Shown: positions 35,501 through 41,715 of the stretch, piece after piece
Numbering within the stretch: the stretch's first letter is position 1
Layout: each line of letters begins with the position of its first letter
From: an uncultured cyanobacterium
GTDB taxonomy: Bacteria; Cyanobacteriota; Cyanobacteriia; Cyanobacteriales; Cyanobacteriaceae
Length of the DNA: 64,000 nucleotides
NCBI GenBank assembly: GCA_963710605.1
Contig: CAVQBA010000006.1
Span: 832,001-896,000, forward strand
Reading direction: 5' to 3'
The notes under the pieces: generated by a model
Databases searched by the model: none
What the model was told of the DNA's origin: nothing
What the model saw: only the letters and a program-made list of their open reading frames with translations
Made by a program: the position numbers and the translations under genes

Positions 35501-36110
35501 CAACTCTTATACTCATGGTTTAGATTTAATTTCTCAAGATGATGGTACAGACAGAGTTTACTATCAAGTAGATGGTTTGGGTAGCACTCGCAATATTACC
35601 GATACTAATGGTGATGTGCTGGTCGAATATACTTTTGATGCTTATGGTAATTTAATTAGTCAGGTTGGCGATAGCGAGAATAATTATTTATTTACTGGTG
35701 AGCAATTTGATAATGAAATAGGCTTACAATATAACCGTGCCAGATATTATGATGCTTCTACAGGAAGGTTTATTTCACGCGATCCTTTTGAAGGGTTTAA
35801 TGATTTACCTGTTAGTTTACATGATTATTTGTATGCTAATGTAAATCCCGTGAATGCGATCGATCCTAGTGGGGAGGTTACTACGTTAGAGTATGCTATT
35901 CTGGCAACTTTGATTGTTGGGAAACAATTTGCTGCTAGCCAATTGTGTCCCACTTTTACATTCGGTGCTGCAACTGCCATAATTGATTTGGCACTTGCAA
36001 TTATTTTCGTTCATTATAAAGTAGCAACAGTGTTAGCTCTTGCCATATCTGGTGTTACATCAAGTTATCTTTTGGGAGCTGGTGCTCTTTGTGCCGGGCT
36101 GAGAAAGTAA
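26523..36110 (+). CDS. Rhs/adhesin fragment 3: PPC-like repeats, C-half of vWA, Ig-like domains, YD repeats, Rhs core, hydrophobic tip
   Basis: Repeated GTAGQRIxFDG...LPESGxY; many YDxxGN/YDxxGR repeats; FTGEQFD...YNRARYYD...GRFISRDP...YANVNPVNAIDPSG. Confidence 0.9.
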   Translation: MSSTFNDILARLVTPTEENIFNRIRFNQDSNAFVLPENGSYSLVVNGGNSGGDYSFQLLELGSSANNIDLDTQVTGSIDNALETQILQFEATSGQNIYFDSTDNNFLSANVSVYGGGNKILGNNSSLRDFIFDIPSDGIYNLIIQSNTEEVINYDFTLVTPELQQASIEIGETTTGNLAEAGEKDLYLIEGTAGQRIWFDGLASDSFFDIDADLFSIDGKQILNNTRLNQDSSPIILPTSGTYSLVVSGGDVTGNYSFRLLDLDDDAININTQVENQTEIDITLETGLETKLYQFEGTAGQQLVFESISASSFFTDDWQINGVDNVQLNRTPINNDFVVTLPANGIYTLLVDGSNSNLTDFTFKVFEQTIEEQNIALNTTISSSLANNGEQDIYRFTGNAGQRIWFDGLIASDTSNINVDLSTPTGQSLISNQDVDDDSNMLILPESGTYTITVTGDNVTGDYSFRVLNLSDAESIDLDEDINATNDLARSTQLYSFDGSIGQQLLIDMVDVDSIFNGSWRLYGASSDEAIASDNRLEDFNVTLPVDDTYTLVVLGSTNDSFEYTFNINDVTISSNINPSGFNTIQTGTLATVEEEDIFTFDAVAGTRFVFDGLTSDSSSIRARLTSPDSTQLFSSVRLTNNSSELTLPESGTYSLTVSGAVGDYSFRILDLNEATTIPLDEVFNGSMTQGSGIEVYEFQGTAGQQLYFNGISSTGSGDWRLYSPDNREIDTSRLTSNFEATLPSNGTYKVLIDGQDSNPFDFSVEIVNTEIQSSTISIDEIVTDSLTKLGSKHIYSLDGTAGQRVLFDGLGSTIFSFGSATAVLNSPSGEQIMSSTRTYQDSDSFILPESGEYSLVVSVTNEADDYSFRLLNLDNPTITNIALDTVIEDSIATDFGTQLYQFTGTAGQELFFNGLDNSEPVTWRVIGATNGELADQSSFRDFKITLPYDGIYTLAIDSDNNNPVDFSFEIVTPNSSVSTIDLNEVVTGELSKSGETDIYQFTGTVGQRILFDGLASSADEIEVSLITPTGKSGFSSFPNRFDLNENSDTPLTLSEAGTYSLIVNSGNGSAGTVTGNYGFQILDVTNQLSTNTNTTGIFNTLNESQVFQFEGIQGQKLAITPTEGVFGTAEQLSNATAFLSTGQGLTEDGYLGIDRALNLPFRQGSAVNIILVTDEDRDIADESLNFETIFNGLDEQNSLLNVTINGTFLDGDGNTALGVDSDGIAYIADGTGGFTTASGGAFGEVGNNPDSTDPFNSTQADYVDLAWDIGGAGWDLNQLREGGDTAISFTEAFVSVKAQEIGEQLAIDLLFPNNNITVENLTGQVFGINPNETATFEVEITGDGLASSTEILFVRPDTNFVLGSIPVVINQNYIYLAQAIDPDGDSLTYSLVNAPDDATIDADTGRIAWNPPDVGTYDFEVAVSDDRGGETTQTFTVEVVTVGADNNAPEITSTAPNSARNSDRFTYQVTATDADNNSLLYLLDSAPEGVAIDSDTGLLTWTPTETQIGEQTIVIKVLDGNGGSDRQTFDVTVAENQAPVFNTNPVLIINAEELYQYDVDAIDPEGTDVTYSFGNSVPAGMTIDSDTGLIEWTPTSEQTGRFPVTIFAIDADNQRALQSFILNLGGDNGGGSGGGTGGSGGITPTGTGTGNLTQDSPIVNFGYSNTLVNPGEEISIQVQAIDDVAITSLQLLVDDNPVTLTPNSLNNGAINTATLQFSQPGVYEAVAIAEDGDGNTGSKTIELRVSDPNDTEAPEIELDTSFIDPLNPVITEKTDIIGSISDDNLQFYKLQIAPTSLIDLNNLGENDPDYITIAEGTNNIDGVIGTIDPNLFRNDTYFIRVLSFDVNGQGRVEGVILSIDSQTKPGEFSLDFTDLTVPIAGVPIEITRSYSSIDANIEGDFGYGWQIGLGDASIVESSPDGRDLSDANNIIFNTANTFSVGTRVTLNTPDGRRVGFTFDPVLSGTPFFFGTLYTPSFTADAGVFATLEAEDSLDSVIIKSDGTVGAPLFTFLGYNPTIYRLTTRDGTVYRYDQNEGLIDITDRNGNLITYNDDGIVSSTGAEIQFIRDAEGQITEIIDPEDKSLVYKYDTQGNLIGFVDREENETTFKYESDIPHYLTEVVDPLGRTGVRTEYENGQISKIFDADGNALDINYDSASSTQTINDPFGNTTTLVFDEKGNVITQIDAEGGRTERTYDDDNNVLTETDPEDNTTTYTYDDRGNILTVKDAEDNITTTTYNDNNDILTEKDAEDNITINRYDEFGNRREREDAQGNITEYDYDDRGLLTVITDAQDNEIIFTYDDFGFVRKLESPDGSEYTFTYDNLGNVTSVTNDLEQTFTFTYDDEGRQTSVTNPKNDTSFTEYNAAGDVIVEIDELERRTEFNYNDRALLIETIFPDNTPDDLTNNPRILNSYDALDRLITTTDELGRITYYEYDALGRLVETIYPDNTPEDLTDNPSMKMEYYSDGTIKAEIDELGNRTEFEYDKANNLILERDALGFETEFEYDKVGNQRAIIDANNHRTEFEYDRLGQLVKTIFANNTEERRFYNSLGYLIEIIDPEQMKTIDDERLSTEYEYDALGRLTKVINAIGGETEYILDTAGNIIEQIDANGNTVTFGYDNLNQVISTTLPLQKLENGLLVDNTATTTYDKVGNIKTITDYNGVVTTFNYDARDMLISRSYSDDTPTETFTYTLTGQLKTVTDNRGTTTYNYDERDRLLSRTEPDGRTISYTYDSAGNILTLITASGTTVYTYDALNRIDTVESADGGITDYDYDRVGNLIETTLPNGVVENRNYDNLDRLIYLENVNGNNVISSYDYTLDNVGNRTRIEEEDGRIIEYEYDALYRLTKETVTDPVNGNYTIEYGYDAVGNRLQKIDSLNGTTTYIYDDNDRLLSETTGDVVTQYQYDDAGNLTSVIVDGETTQTLEWNAKGELTAVEVIENGETGRTEFEYDQNGVRVAVTVDGEETRFLIDNNQQLFAQVIEEYLVNGEVNNSYTHGLDLISQDDGTDRVYYQVDGLGSTRNITDTNGDVLVEYTFDAYGNLISQVGDSENNYLFTGEQFDNEIGLQYNRARYYDASTGRFISRDPFEGFNDLPVSLHDYLYANVNPVNAIDPSGEVTTLEYAILATLIVGKQFAASQLCPTFTFGAATAIIDLALAIIFVHYKVATVLALAISGVTSSYLLGAGALCAGLRK

Positions 36111-36317
36111 ACTCGATTGTTATTTACTACAACTTATACTCCAATTAAAAACAATTGTATTGAGTTAATTGAATAAAACTTATGAAGGTCAATAATTCTC
36201 ATAATAATAAACAGGATTAGCACGAGCGTCGATCTTCTAGGGAACGGTTGACAATGGAAGCCCAACACCAATCATAAAATCAATGACGATCGTTCTTTGA
36301 GTTACGGTAGCCTGTCG

Positions 36318-36638
36318 GGTGTATCGATCGAGTGCGATGCTTTAAATCTCGCTTTCTTGTTCCCCCCTTGAGTAAGGGGGGCTAGGGGGGATCTAGTCTT
36401 ACTTAAAAGTAGGAGCGATCGTTTTATAGGATGTATTGACTGAGTGCGATCCCCCTAAATCCCCCTTCAAAAGGGGGACTTTCTTCTTTCTACTTTTCGG
36501 GTTGTTTATTTAAGTTTTTTCTTTCTCCTTGTTCTTCCCTTATTCAAAGCAGACTTTCCTCTATTCTCTTGTTCCCCCCTTACTTAAGGGGGGTTAGGGG
36601 GGATCTAGTCTTACTTAAAAGTACGATCGATCGTTTTT
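36318..36638. repeat. Composite palindromic repeat unit 1 (BIME-like)
   Basis: Alternating orientations of CCCCCTT-N-AAGGGGG hairpins with linker TTACTTAAAAGTAGGAGCGATCGTTTTA; homologous to units 2 and 3. Confidence 0.85.
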
Positions 36639-36699
36639 ATGAAGATGGAGGGCGATTTATTTTATAAGCTAAAATAAACTTAAAAAAGGAAAAGCTATA

Positions 36700-36918
36700 A
36701 TGTCAAACACCCTTCAATTTGGTCAAGTTTTAGAAATGATTGATAATCTTTCCACCGATGAACAGGATGATTTAATTAATATTATTCGACACAGACAAAT
36801 TGAGAAAAGACGAGAAGAAATTGCCCAGAATATTAATCAAGCCCGTCAAGACTATCAACAAGGAAAAGTATTAGGAGGAAACGTTGATGATATTATTGCT
36901 GAATTAAACAATGATTAA
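36700..36918 (+). CDS. Putative antitoxin (72 aa) of TA cassette 1
   Basis: Small acidic helical protein overlapping the downstream toxin start; paralog of 38103-38321. Confidence 0.75.
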   Translation: MSNTLQFGQVLEMIDNLSTDEQDDLINIIRHRQIEKRREEIAQNINQARQDYQQGKVLGGNVDDIIAELNND

Positions 36919-37195
36919 ATTAATTCTCACCTCATCTTTTAAACGAACTTTCAAAGCGATTATCAAAAGAAAACCATACTTAAAGCCTAAAATCGAATCC
37001 AAACTTAAATTGTTAGCTGAAAATCCTTATAACCCCATATTACGTACTCATAAACTTAAAGGAAAGTTATCAGGGGCTTGAGCTTGTACCGTTGAATATG
37101 ATTGTCGTATTGTATTTTGTTTTGAGCAAAATAAAGACACCTTAGAGGAAGAAATCAATCTAATTGATATTGGAACTCATGATGAAGTCTATTAG
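36911..37195 (+). pseudogene. RelE/YafQ-like mRNA interferase toxin with in-frame TGA at codon 57 (37079-37081)
   Basis: Hand translation MIKLILTSSFKRTFK...NPYNPILRTHKLKGKLSGA*ACTVEYDCRIVF...IDIGTHDEVY; the stop aligns with Trp in the paralog. Confidence 0.85.
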
Positions 37196-37575
37196 TACGA
37201 TCGTCTTTCTTGTTCCCCCTTTACTCAAGGGTGGCAATGGGAAAACCTAGTTTTACTTAAAAGTAGGAGCGATCGTTTTATGGGATGTATTGATTGAGTA
37301 CGATCGCCCTTCAAAAAGGAGACTTTCTTCTGTTTCTTGTTCTTCTCTTACTCAAGGTGGGCAATGGGGTGTATTGACTGAATACGATCCCCCGCTCATC
37401 CCCCTTAAAAAGGGGGACTTTCTACTTTTTATTGATTTGCGTTGTTTATTTAAGTTTCTTCTTTCTTCTTGCTCTCCCCTTATTCAAAGGAGACTTTCCT
37501 CTATTCTCTTGTTCCCCCCTTACTCAAGGGGGGCTAGGGGGATCTAATCTTACTCAAAGGGAGCTAGAGGAGATC
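37196..37575. repeat. Composite palindromic repeat unit 2
   Basis: Begins TACGATCGTCTTT directly after the toxin stop; colinear with 38600-39012. Confidence 0.88.
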
Positions 37576-37917
37576 TAACCCTTCAATAACATCAACAACA
37601 CCCTCTAAATTACGTAAAACATCCTCATTAGTAAACCGAATTACCCTTAATCCATAACCTTCTAAAATTTCCGTTCTTTTTCGATCGTATTCAATAGCCT
37701 CTTCAGTGTAATGCGTCTCTCCATCTACTTCAATTACTAACTTTAACTTAGGGCAATAAAAATCAACAATAAAATTATCGATTGGGCGTTGACGATGTAC
37801 TCTAAATTGAAAAGTTCTTAAATAATCAGACCAAAGTTTTTGCTCCGCTTTAGTCATCTTTTTTCTTAATTCTTTGGCTCTAGCAACAAGGTTTTTGTTA
37901 TATGGTAAATATTGCAC
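37564..37917 (-). CDS. DUF559 (Vsr-like) endonuclease domain protein
   Basis: LPYNKNLVARAKELRKKMTKAE..LW, RQRPIDNFIVDFYC, IEVDGETH, D..RT..L...GLRVIRFTN. Confidence 0.92.
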   Translation of the reverse strand: MQYLPYNKNLVARAKELRKKMTKAEQKLWSDYLRTFQFRVHRQRPIDNFIVDFYCPKLKLVIEVDGETHYTEEAIEYDRKRTEILEGYGLRVIRFTNEDVLRNLEGVVDVIEGLDLL

Positions 37918-38102
37918 CTTAGATAAGGGGGGCTTTTTAATTTATTTTATCTTTTGTAATCAGTGTACGATCGATCGTTTTTTCTAAGCATTGAAGAGCG
38001 CTCGTGGTTTGTGGATGAGAAGAGGGCTGAAATTATCGATATTGTCAAGAATTAAATCATGATAAAATACAAGAAATAAAATTTTTCAACAATTGACAAA
38101 AT

Positions 38103-38321
38103 ATGCTCAAAAGCTCATTATTTCAGCAAGCAATCGAAACTGTAGAAAAATTATCTTTAGAAGAACAACAAATACTAATTGAAACGCTTCAAAAAAGACT
38201 TTCTCAAGAACGTAGAACGCTCCTCAATGAAGAAATGAAAGAAGTTCATCAGGAAGTAAAAGAAGGACAAGTAAAATTTGGTTCGGTTGATGACTTTTTA
38301 GAAGAATTAGATCGGCAATGA
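38103..38321 (+). CDS. Putative antitoxin (72 aa) of TA cassette 2
   Basis: FQQAIETVEKLSLEEQ..LI...R...G.V.FGSVDDFLEEL; ATGA overlap with toxin. Confidence 0.78.
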   Translation: MLKSSLFQQAIETVEKLSLEEQQILIETLQKRLSQERRTLLNEEMKEVHQEVKEGQVKFGSVDDFLEELDRQ

Positions 38322-38599
38322 AAATAGCTTGGACACCCAAATCAATGAGAGCTTTTAAAAAAATAATTCGCAAGAATCCACAACTAAGAACACTAATTGA
38401 GATAACGTTACGACAATTAGTAAAAGATCCATTTCACCATAGTTTACGCACTCACAAACTTCAGGGTGATTTCTCTGAAACTTGGTCTTGCTCTATTAAT
38501 TACAGCTATAGAATAATTTTTGAATTTATAGAAAGCTCTAATGAAAAAGAAAAAGCAATACTATTAGTTAATTTAGGCTCTCATGATGAAGTTTATTAG
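38318..38599 (+). CDS. RelE/YafQ-like mRNA interferase toxin
   Basis: DPFHHSLRTHKLQG...WSCSINYSYRIIF...LGSHDEVY. Confidence 0.88.
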   Translation: MKIAWTPKSMRAFKKIIRKNPQLRTLIEITLRQLVKDPFHHSLRTHKLQGDFSETWSCSINYSYRIIFEFIESSNEKEKAILLVNLGSHDEVY

Positions 38600-39012
38600 T
38601 ACGATCGTCTTTCATGTTCCCCCCTTACTCAAGGGGGGCTAGGGGGGATCTCGTTTTACTTAAAAGTAGGAGCGATCGTTTTATGAGGTGTATTGACTGA
38701 GTGCGATCGCCCTTCAAAAAGGAGACTTTCTTCTGTTTCTTGTTCCTCTCTTACTCAAGGTGGGCAATGGGGTATATCGATCGAGTGCGATCCCCCTAAA
38801 TCGCCCTTAAATAAGGGGGACTTTCTTGTTTTTACTTATTAGTCTTGTTTACTTAACTTTCTTCTTTCTTCTAATTCTCCTCTTACTCAAAGCAGACTTT
38901 CCTCTATTTTCTTGTTCCCCCCTTATTTAAGGGGGGCAATGGGGGGATCTAATCTTACTCAAGGGGGGCAATGGGGGGATCTAATCTTACTCAAGGGGGC
39001 TAGAGGGAATCT
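38600..39012. repeat. Composite palindromic repeat unit 3
   Basis: Begins TACGATCGTCTTT after the toxin stop; includes a tandem duplication of AAGGGGGGCAATGGGGGGATCTAATCTTACTC. Confidence 0.88.
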
Positions 39013-39071
39013 AACCCTTCAATAACATCAACAACACCTTCTAAATTACGTAAAACATCATCATTAGTAAA
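39000..39071 (-). pseudogene. 3' remnant of a second DUF559 gene
   Basis: Near-identical to 37564-37635; translates FTNDDVLRNLEGVVDVIEGLDSL*. Confidence 0.85.
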
Positions 39072-39152
39072 AATGCAGAGCATTTAATGGAATCTATTAA
39101 ACAAGTTAAATCAGCAAATAAATCAGTGAAAAAGTAAATTGATTCATCAAAA

Positions 39153-40478
39153 TTAATCAATAAAAACGATCGCATCTTCACCTAAAACGATCGTAATATC
39201 CGAACTTAAATCACCTGTAGAAGAATATTCTAATTCACCAAAACCCAAACTCTTCTGAACTTGTTTGGCTGAAGTGCTATCTCCTTTTTGAACAATAATT
39301 TGTGTAGTTTCAAATCTCGGTAAATTACGCCCACTTTGATAAACATTACGATAACCTTGCTCGGACAAAATCGAAATGAATTTTTGACTTAACTGAGGAT
39401 TATCAGTACTATTTTGTACCGCTATTCGAGAACCTAATGCTAATCTACTATTAGTCGATACTGAGCTACTATCGATAAATTCTTCGATCACATTCGCTTT
39501 TTTGTTTCGATCGATTATCCAATAACTAGCATTGTATTCCCCCGGACGACTTCCACGCCCTGGCAGAGTTAACATTCTTAGATTTTGCTTTTCTAAGCCT
39601 AAAGAAAAACTCGCCAAACCAACAACTTCTGAATTAGTTAAATTAGTATCAATCTCATCTTGTAACACAGACCATATCCTAGGTGTTCTCCAAGCATTTA
39701 AAGGAGACTGTAATTTTTTTTGTAAAGCTTTGAGTAATACTTGTTGTCTTTGTATTCTACCGATATCACCCAAGCCATCACTACGATAACGAACAAATTG
39801 CTCAGCTTTGTTACCATCAAGATTTTGTTTACCTTGTTTTAAATCTATATATAACCCCTGAGTTTTGTCAGTATATTTCATATCAAAAGGCACATATACT
39901 TCAACACCACCGACAGTATCAATTATTTTACTAAAAGCAGTACTCGTTACTCTAATGTATTTATCTACAGTAATTCCGGCAAAATTATTTTCAATCACCT
40001 CAATAGTGTAATCTACACCACCATTGGCATTAGCACTATTAATTTTTTTTAATGTACCCCTAGGGTATCTTACTAAGCTATCTCTAGGGATAGAAAGCAC
40101 TTTGATTGAGGAATCTTTAGGGTTAACTCTGACTAACAACATCGTATCGCTACGCCCAGAAAACTTAAGCTCAGGATTATCTTCAGAATTAGGCACTTGA
40201 TCAATCCCCATTAATAAAATATTAACAGGTCGATCGATATTTCTCATCAACAATCCACTCAAACCTGCTCGTCTGGTATCATTAATTTTTTCTGCCATAA
40301 TCCGTATATCGACGGGTAAAGGAGTTTTTAAAGCAACAGTTGTACCTAAAAATGCCGACACGGCTGCGGTAATGGTAAAACATCCTCCCCAAACAAAACC
40401 TTGAATTAAAGGAGAAGTATTTTTTTTCATCGATGAAAATTTACCTATTTGTTTAGAGTTAATAGACTCACGTGCCAA
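39153..40478 (-). CDS. LCP (LytR-CpsA-Psr) family protein with LytR C-terminal domain
   Basis: NILLMGID, GRSDTMLL, LSIPRD, KINSA, FVRYR.D..GDIGRIQRQQ; start may be ATG at 40430. Confidence 0.92.
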   Translation of the reverse strand: MARESINSKQIGKFSSMKKNTSPLIQGFVWGGCFTITAAVSAFLGTTVALKTPLPVDIRIMAEKINDTRRAGLSGLLMRNIDRPVNILLMGIDQVPNSEDNPELKFSGRSDTMLLVRVNPKDSSIKVLSIPRDSLVRYPRGTLKKINSANANGGVDYTIEVIENNFAGITVDKYIRVTSTAFSKIIDTVGGVEVYVPFDMKYTDKTQGLYIDLKQGKQNLDGNKAEQFVRYRSDGLGDIGRIQRQQVLLKALQKKLQSPLNAWRTPRIWSVLQDEIDTNLTNSEVVGLASFSLGLEKQNLRMLTLPGRGSRPGEYNASYWIIDRNKKANVIEEFIDSSSVSTNSRLALGSRIAVQNSTDNPQLSQKFISILSEQGYRNVYQSGRNLPRFETTQIIVQKGDSTSAKQVQKSLGFGELEYSSTGDLSSDITIVLGEDAIVFID

Positions 40479-40586
40479 TTTAGTTTCTAAATATTACAAT
40501 TTTTTTTTCGTTTTAACCATTAATATTGATAGCATACTCTTTAGCGTTTTGTGTATAGATCAATCGATTTATTTTTTTATTTAATT

Positions 40587-41651
40587 ATGAGTAAAACATT
40601 TGTTCCTGTAATTTTAGCTGGTGGTAAAGGAGAAAGATTTTGGCCGTTAAGTCGTTTACAACGCCCGAAACAGTTTTTATGTCTTGATGGTAGTGGTGAT
40701 AGTTTATTACAAGCAACAGCCGAGCGATTATTAACTTTAGCTGGTGGCTGGGATAATTTATTGGTGATTACTTCACAAATTTTAGCTGATGGTATTCAAG
40801 CACAATTACCTTCATTACCTTCGTCTAATATTTTAGTTGAACCTATAGGTAAAGATACAGCACCTGCGGTGACATGGGCAAGTTTAGCGATTCAAGAGCG
40901 TTATGGTGATGATGCGATCGCCGGTTTTTTTCCTGCTGATCATTATATTGGTAATCAAGAACAATTTGAAACTATAATCAAAAATGCCACCGATTATGCA
41001 AACCAACAAAAAGCGATCGTCACCTTAGGCATCAAACCAGATTATCCTTCAACTGGTTTTGGTTATATCAAACAAGGCACAAAACAAAATGAGCAAGACG
41101 AATTAGGTATTTACAAAGTCGATCGTTTTACGGAAAAACCAGAGCAAAAAACCGCAATTGAATTTATCGCAGAGGGTAAATACAGTTGGAATAGTGGGAT
41201 GTTTATTTTTCCCGTCGGTACAGTTTTAAAAGAATTAGCCACTTATGCCCCCGAAATATTAACACCTTTACAAGAAAAAGGAAGTACTGCTTATCATGAC
41301 TTAGATAAAATTAGTATTGATTACGCATTGATGGAAAAAACCGATCTAGCTTACGTTATTCCTGCTGACTTTGGCTGGGATGACTTAGGTGACTGGAATG
41401 CCTTAGAAAGACTTTTAAATAGTGATAGCGATGATAATATCGTTATTGGTAATCATGTAGGGTTAGACACTCACAAATCGATTATTCATAATAGCGAAAA
41501 AGAAGAAATTATTATGACGATCGGGTTACAAAATGTAGTGGTGGTCAGGGATGGGAATGCTACTTTAATTGTTGATAAAAGTAACACTCAAGACATAAAA
41601 AAAGCCTTGAAGAGATTACAAGAGAAAAAAGATAGCCAAAAATATCTGTGA
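40587..41651 (+). CDS. manC: Mannose-1-phosphate guanylyltransferase
   Basis: VILAGGKGERFWPLSR..RPKQF, EP.GKDTAPA, PADH, WNSGMF, ISIDYALMEK, WDDLGDW. Confidence 0.92.
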   Translation: MSKTFVPVILAGGKGERFWPLSRLQRPKQFLCLDGSGDSLLQATAERLLTLAGGWDNLLVITSQILADGIQAQLPSLPSSNILVEPIGKDTAPAVTWASLAIQERYGDDAIAGFFPADHYIGNQEQFETIIKNATDYANQQKAIVTLGIKPDYPSTGFGYIKQGTKQNEQDELGIYKVDRFTEKPEQKTAIEFIAEGKYSWNSGMFIFPVGTVLKELATYAPEILTPLQEKGSTAYHDLDKISIDYALMEKTDLAYVIPADFGWDDLGDWNALERLLNSDSDDNIVIGNHVGLDTHKSIIHNSEKEEIIMTIGLQNVVVVRDGNATLIVDKSNTQDIKKALKRLQEKKDSQKYL

Positions 41652-41715
41652 AAAAAGCTCTAAGCTATACTCTATTAATTATATCAACTATCAACTATCA
41701 ACTATCAACTATTAG

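Larger units (their letters stand above)
21743..36110 (+). pseudogene. Giant adhesin-like Rhs/YD-repeat protein (~4,788 aa if repaired), broken by a +1 frameshift (~24089) and an in-frame TAA (26424-26426)
   Basis: Domain content is continuous across both breaks: removing one base gives YSVLTNDLPNGEY; ALD*KFNTVITGNVEPDVEETYTF runs in frame into the 26523 ORF. Confidence 0.85.

Noticed and set aside
36215-36275. Possible IS200/IS605 right-end remnant (GAAGCCCAACACC)
   Set aside because: The match is short and the second hairpin arm is missing.
37290-37547. 85 aa ORF
   Set aside because: It is translation through the palindromic repeat (PPLIPLKKGDF, PPYSRGARGI), not a credible gene.
36318-39012. 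CRISPR array
   Set aside because: Units are hundreds of bp, mosaic and in both orientations; there are no regular unique spacers and no cas genes.
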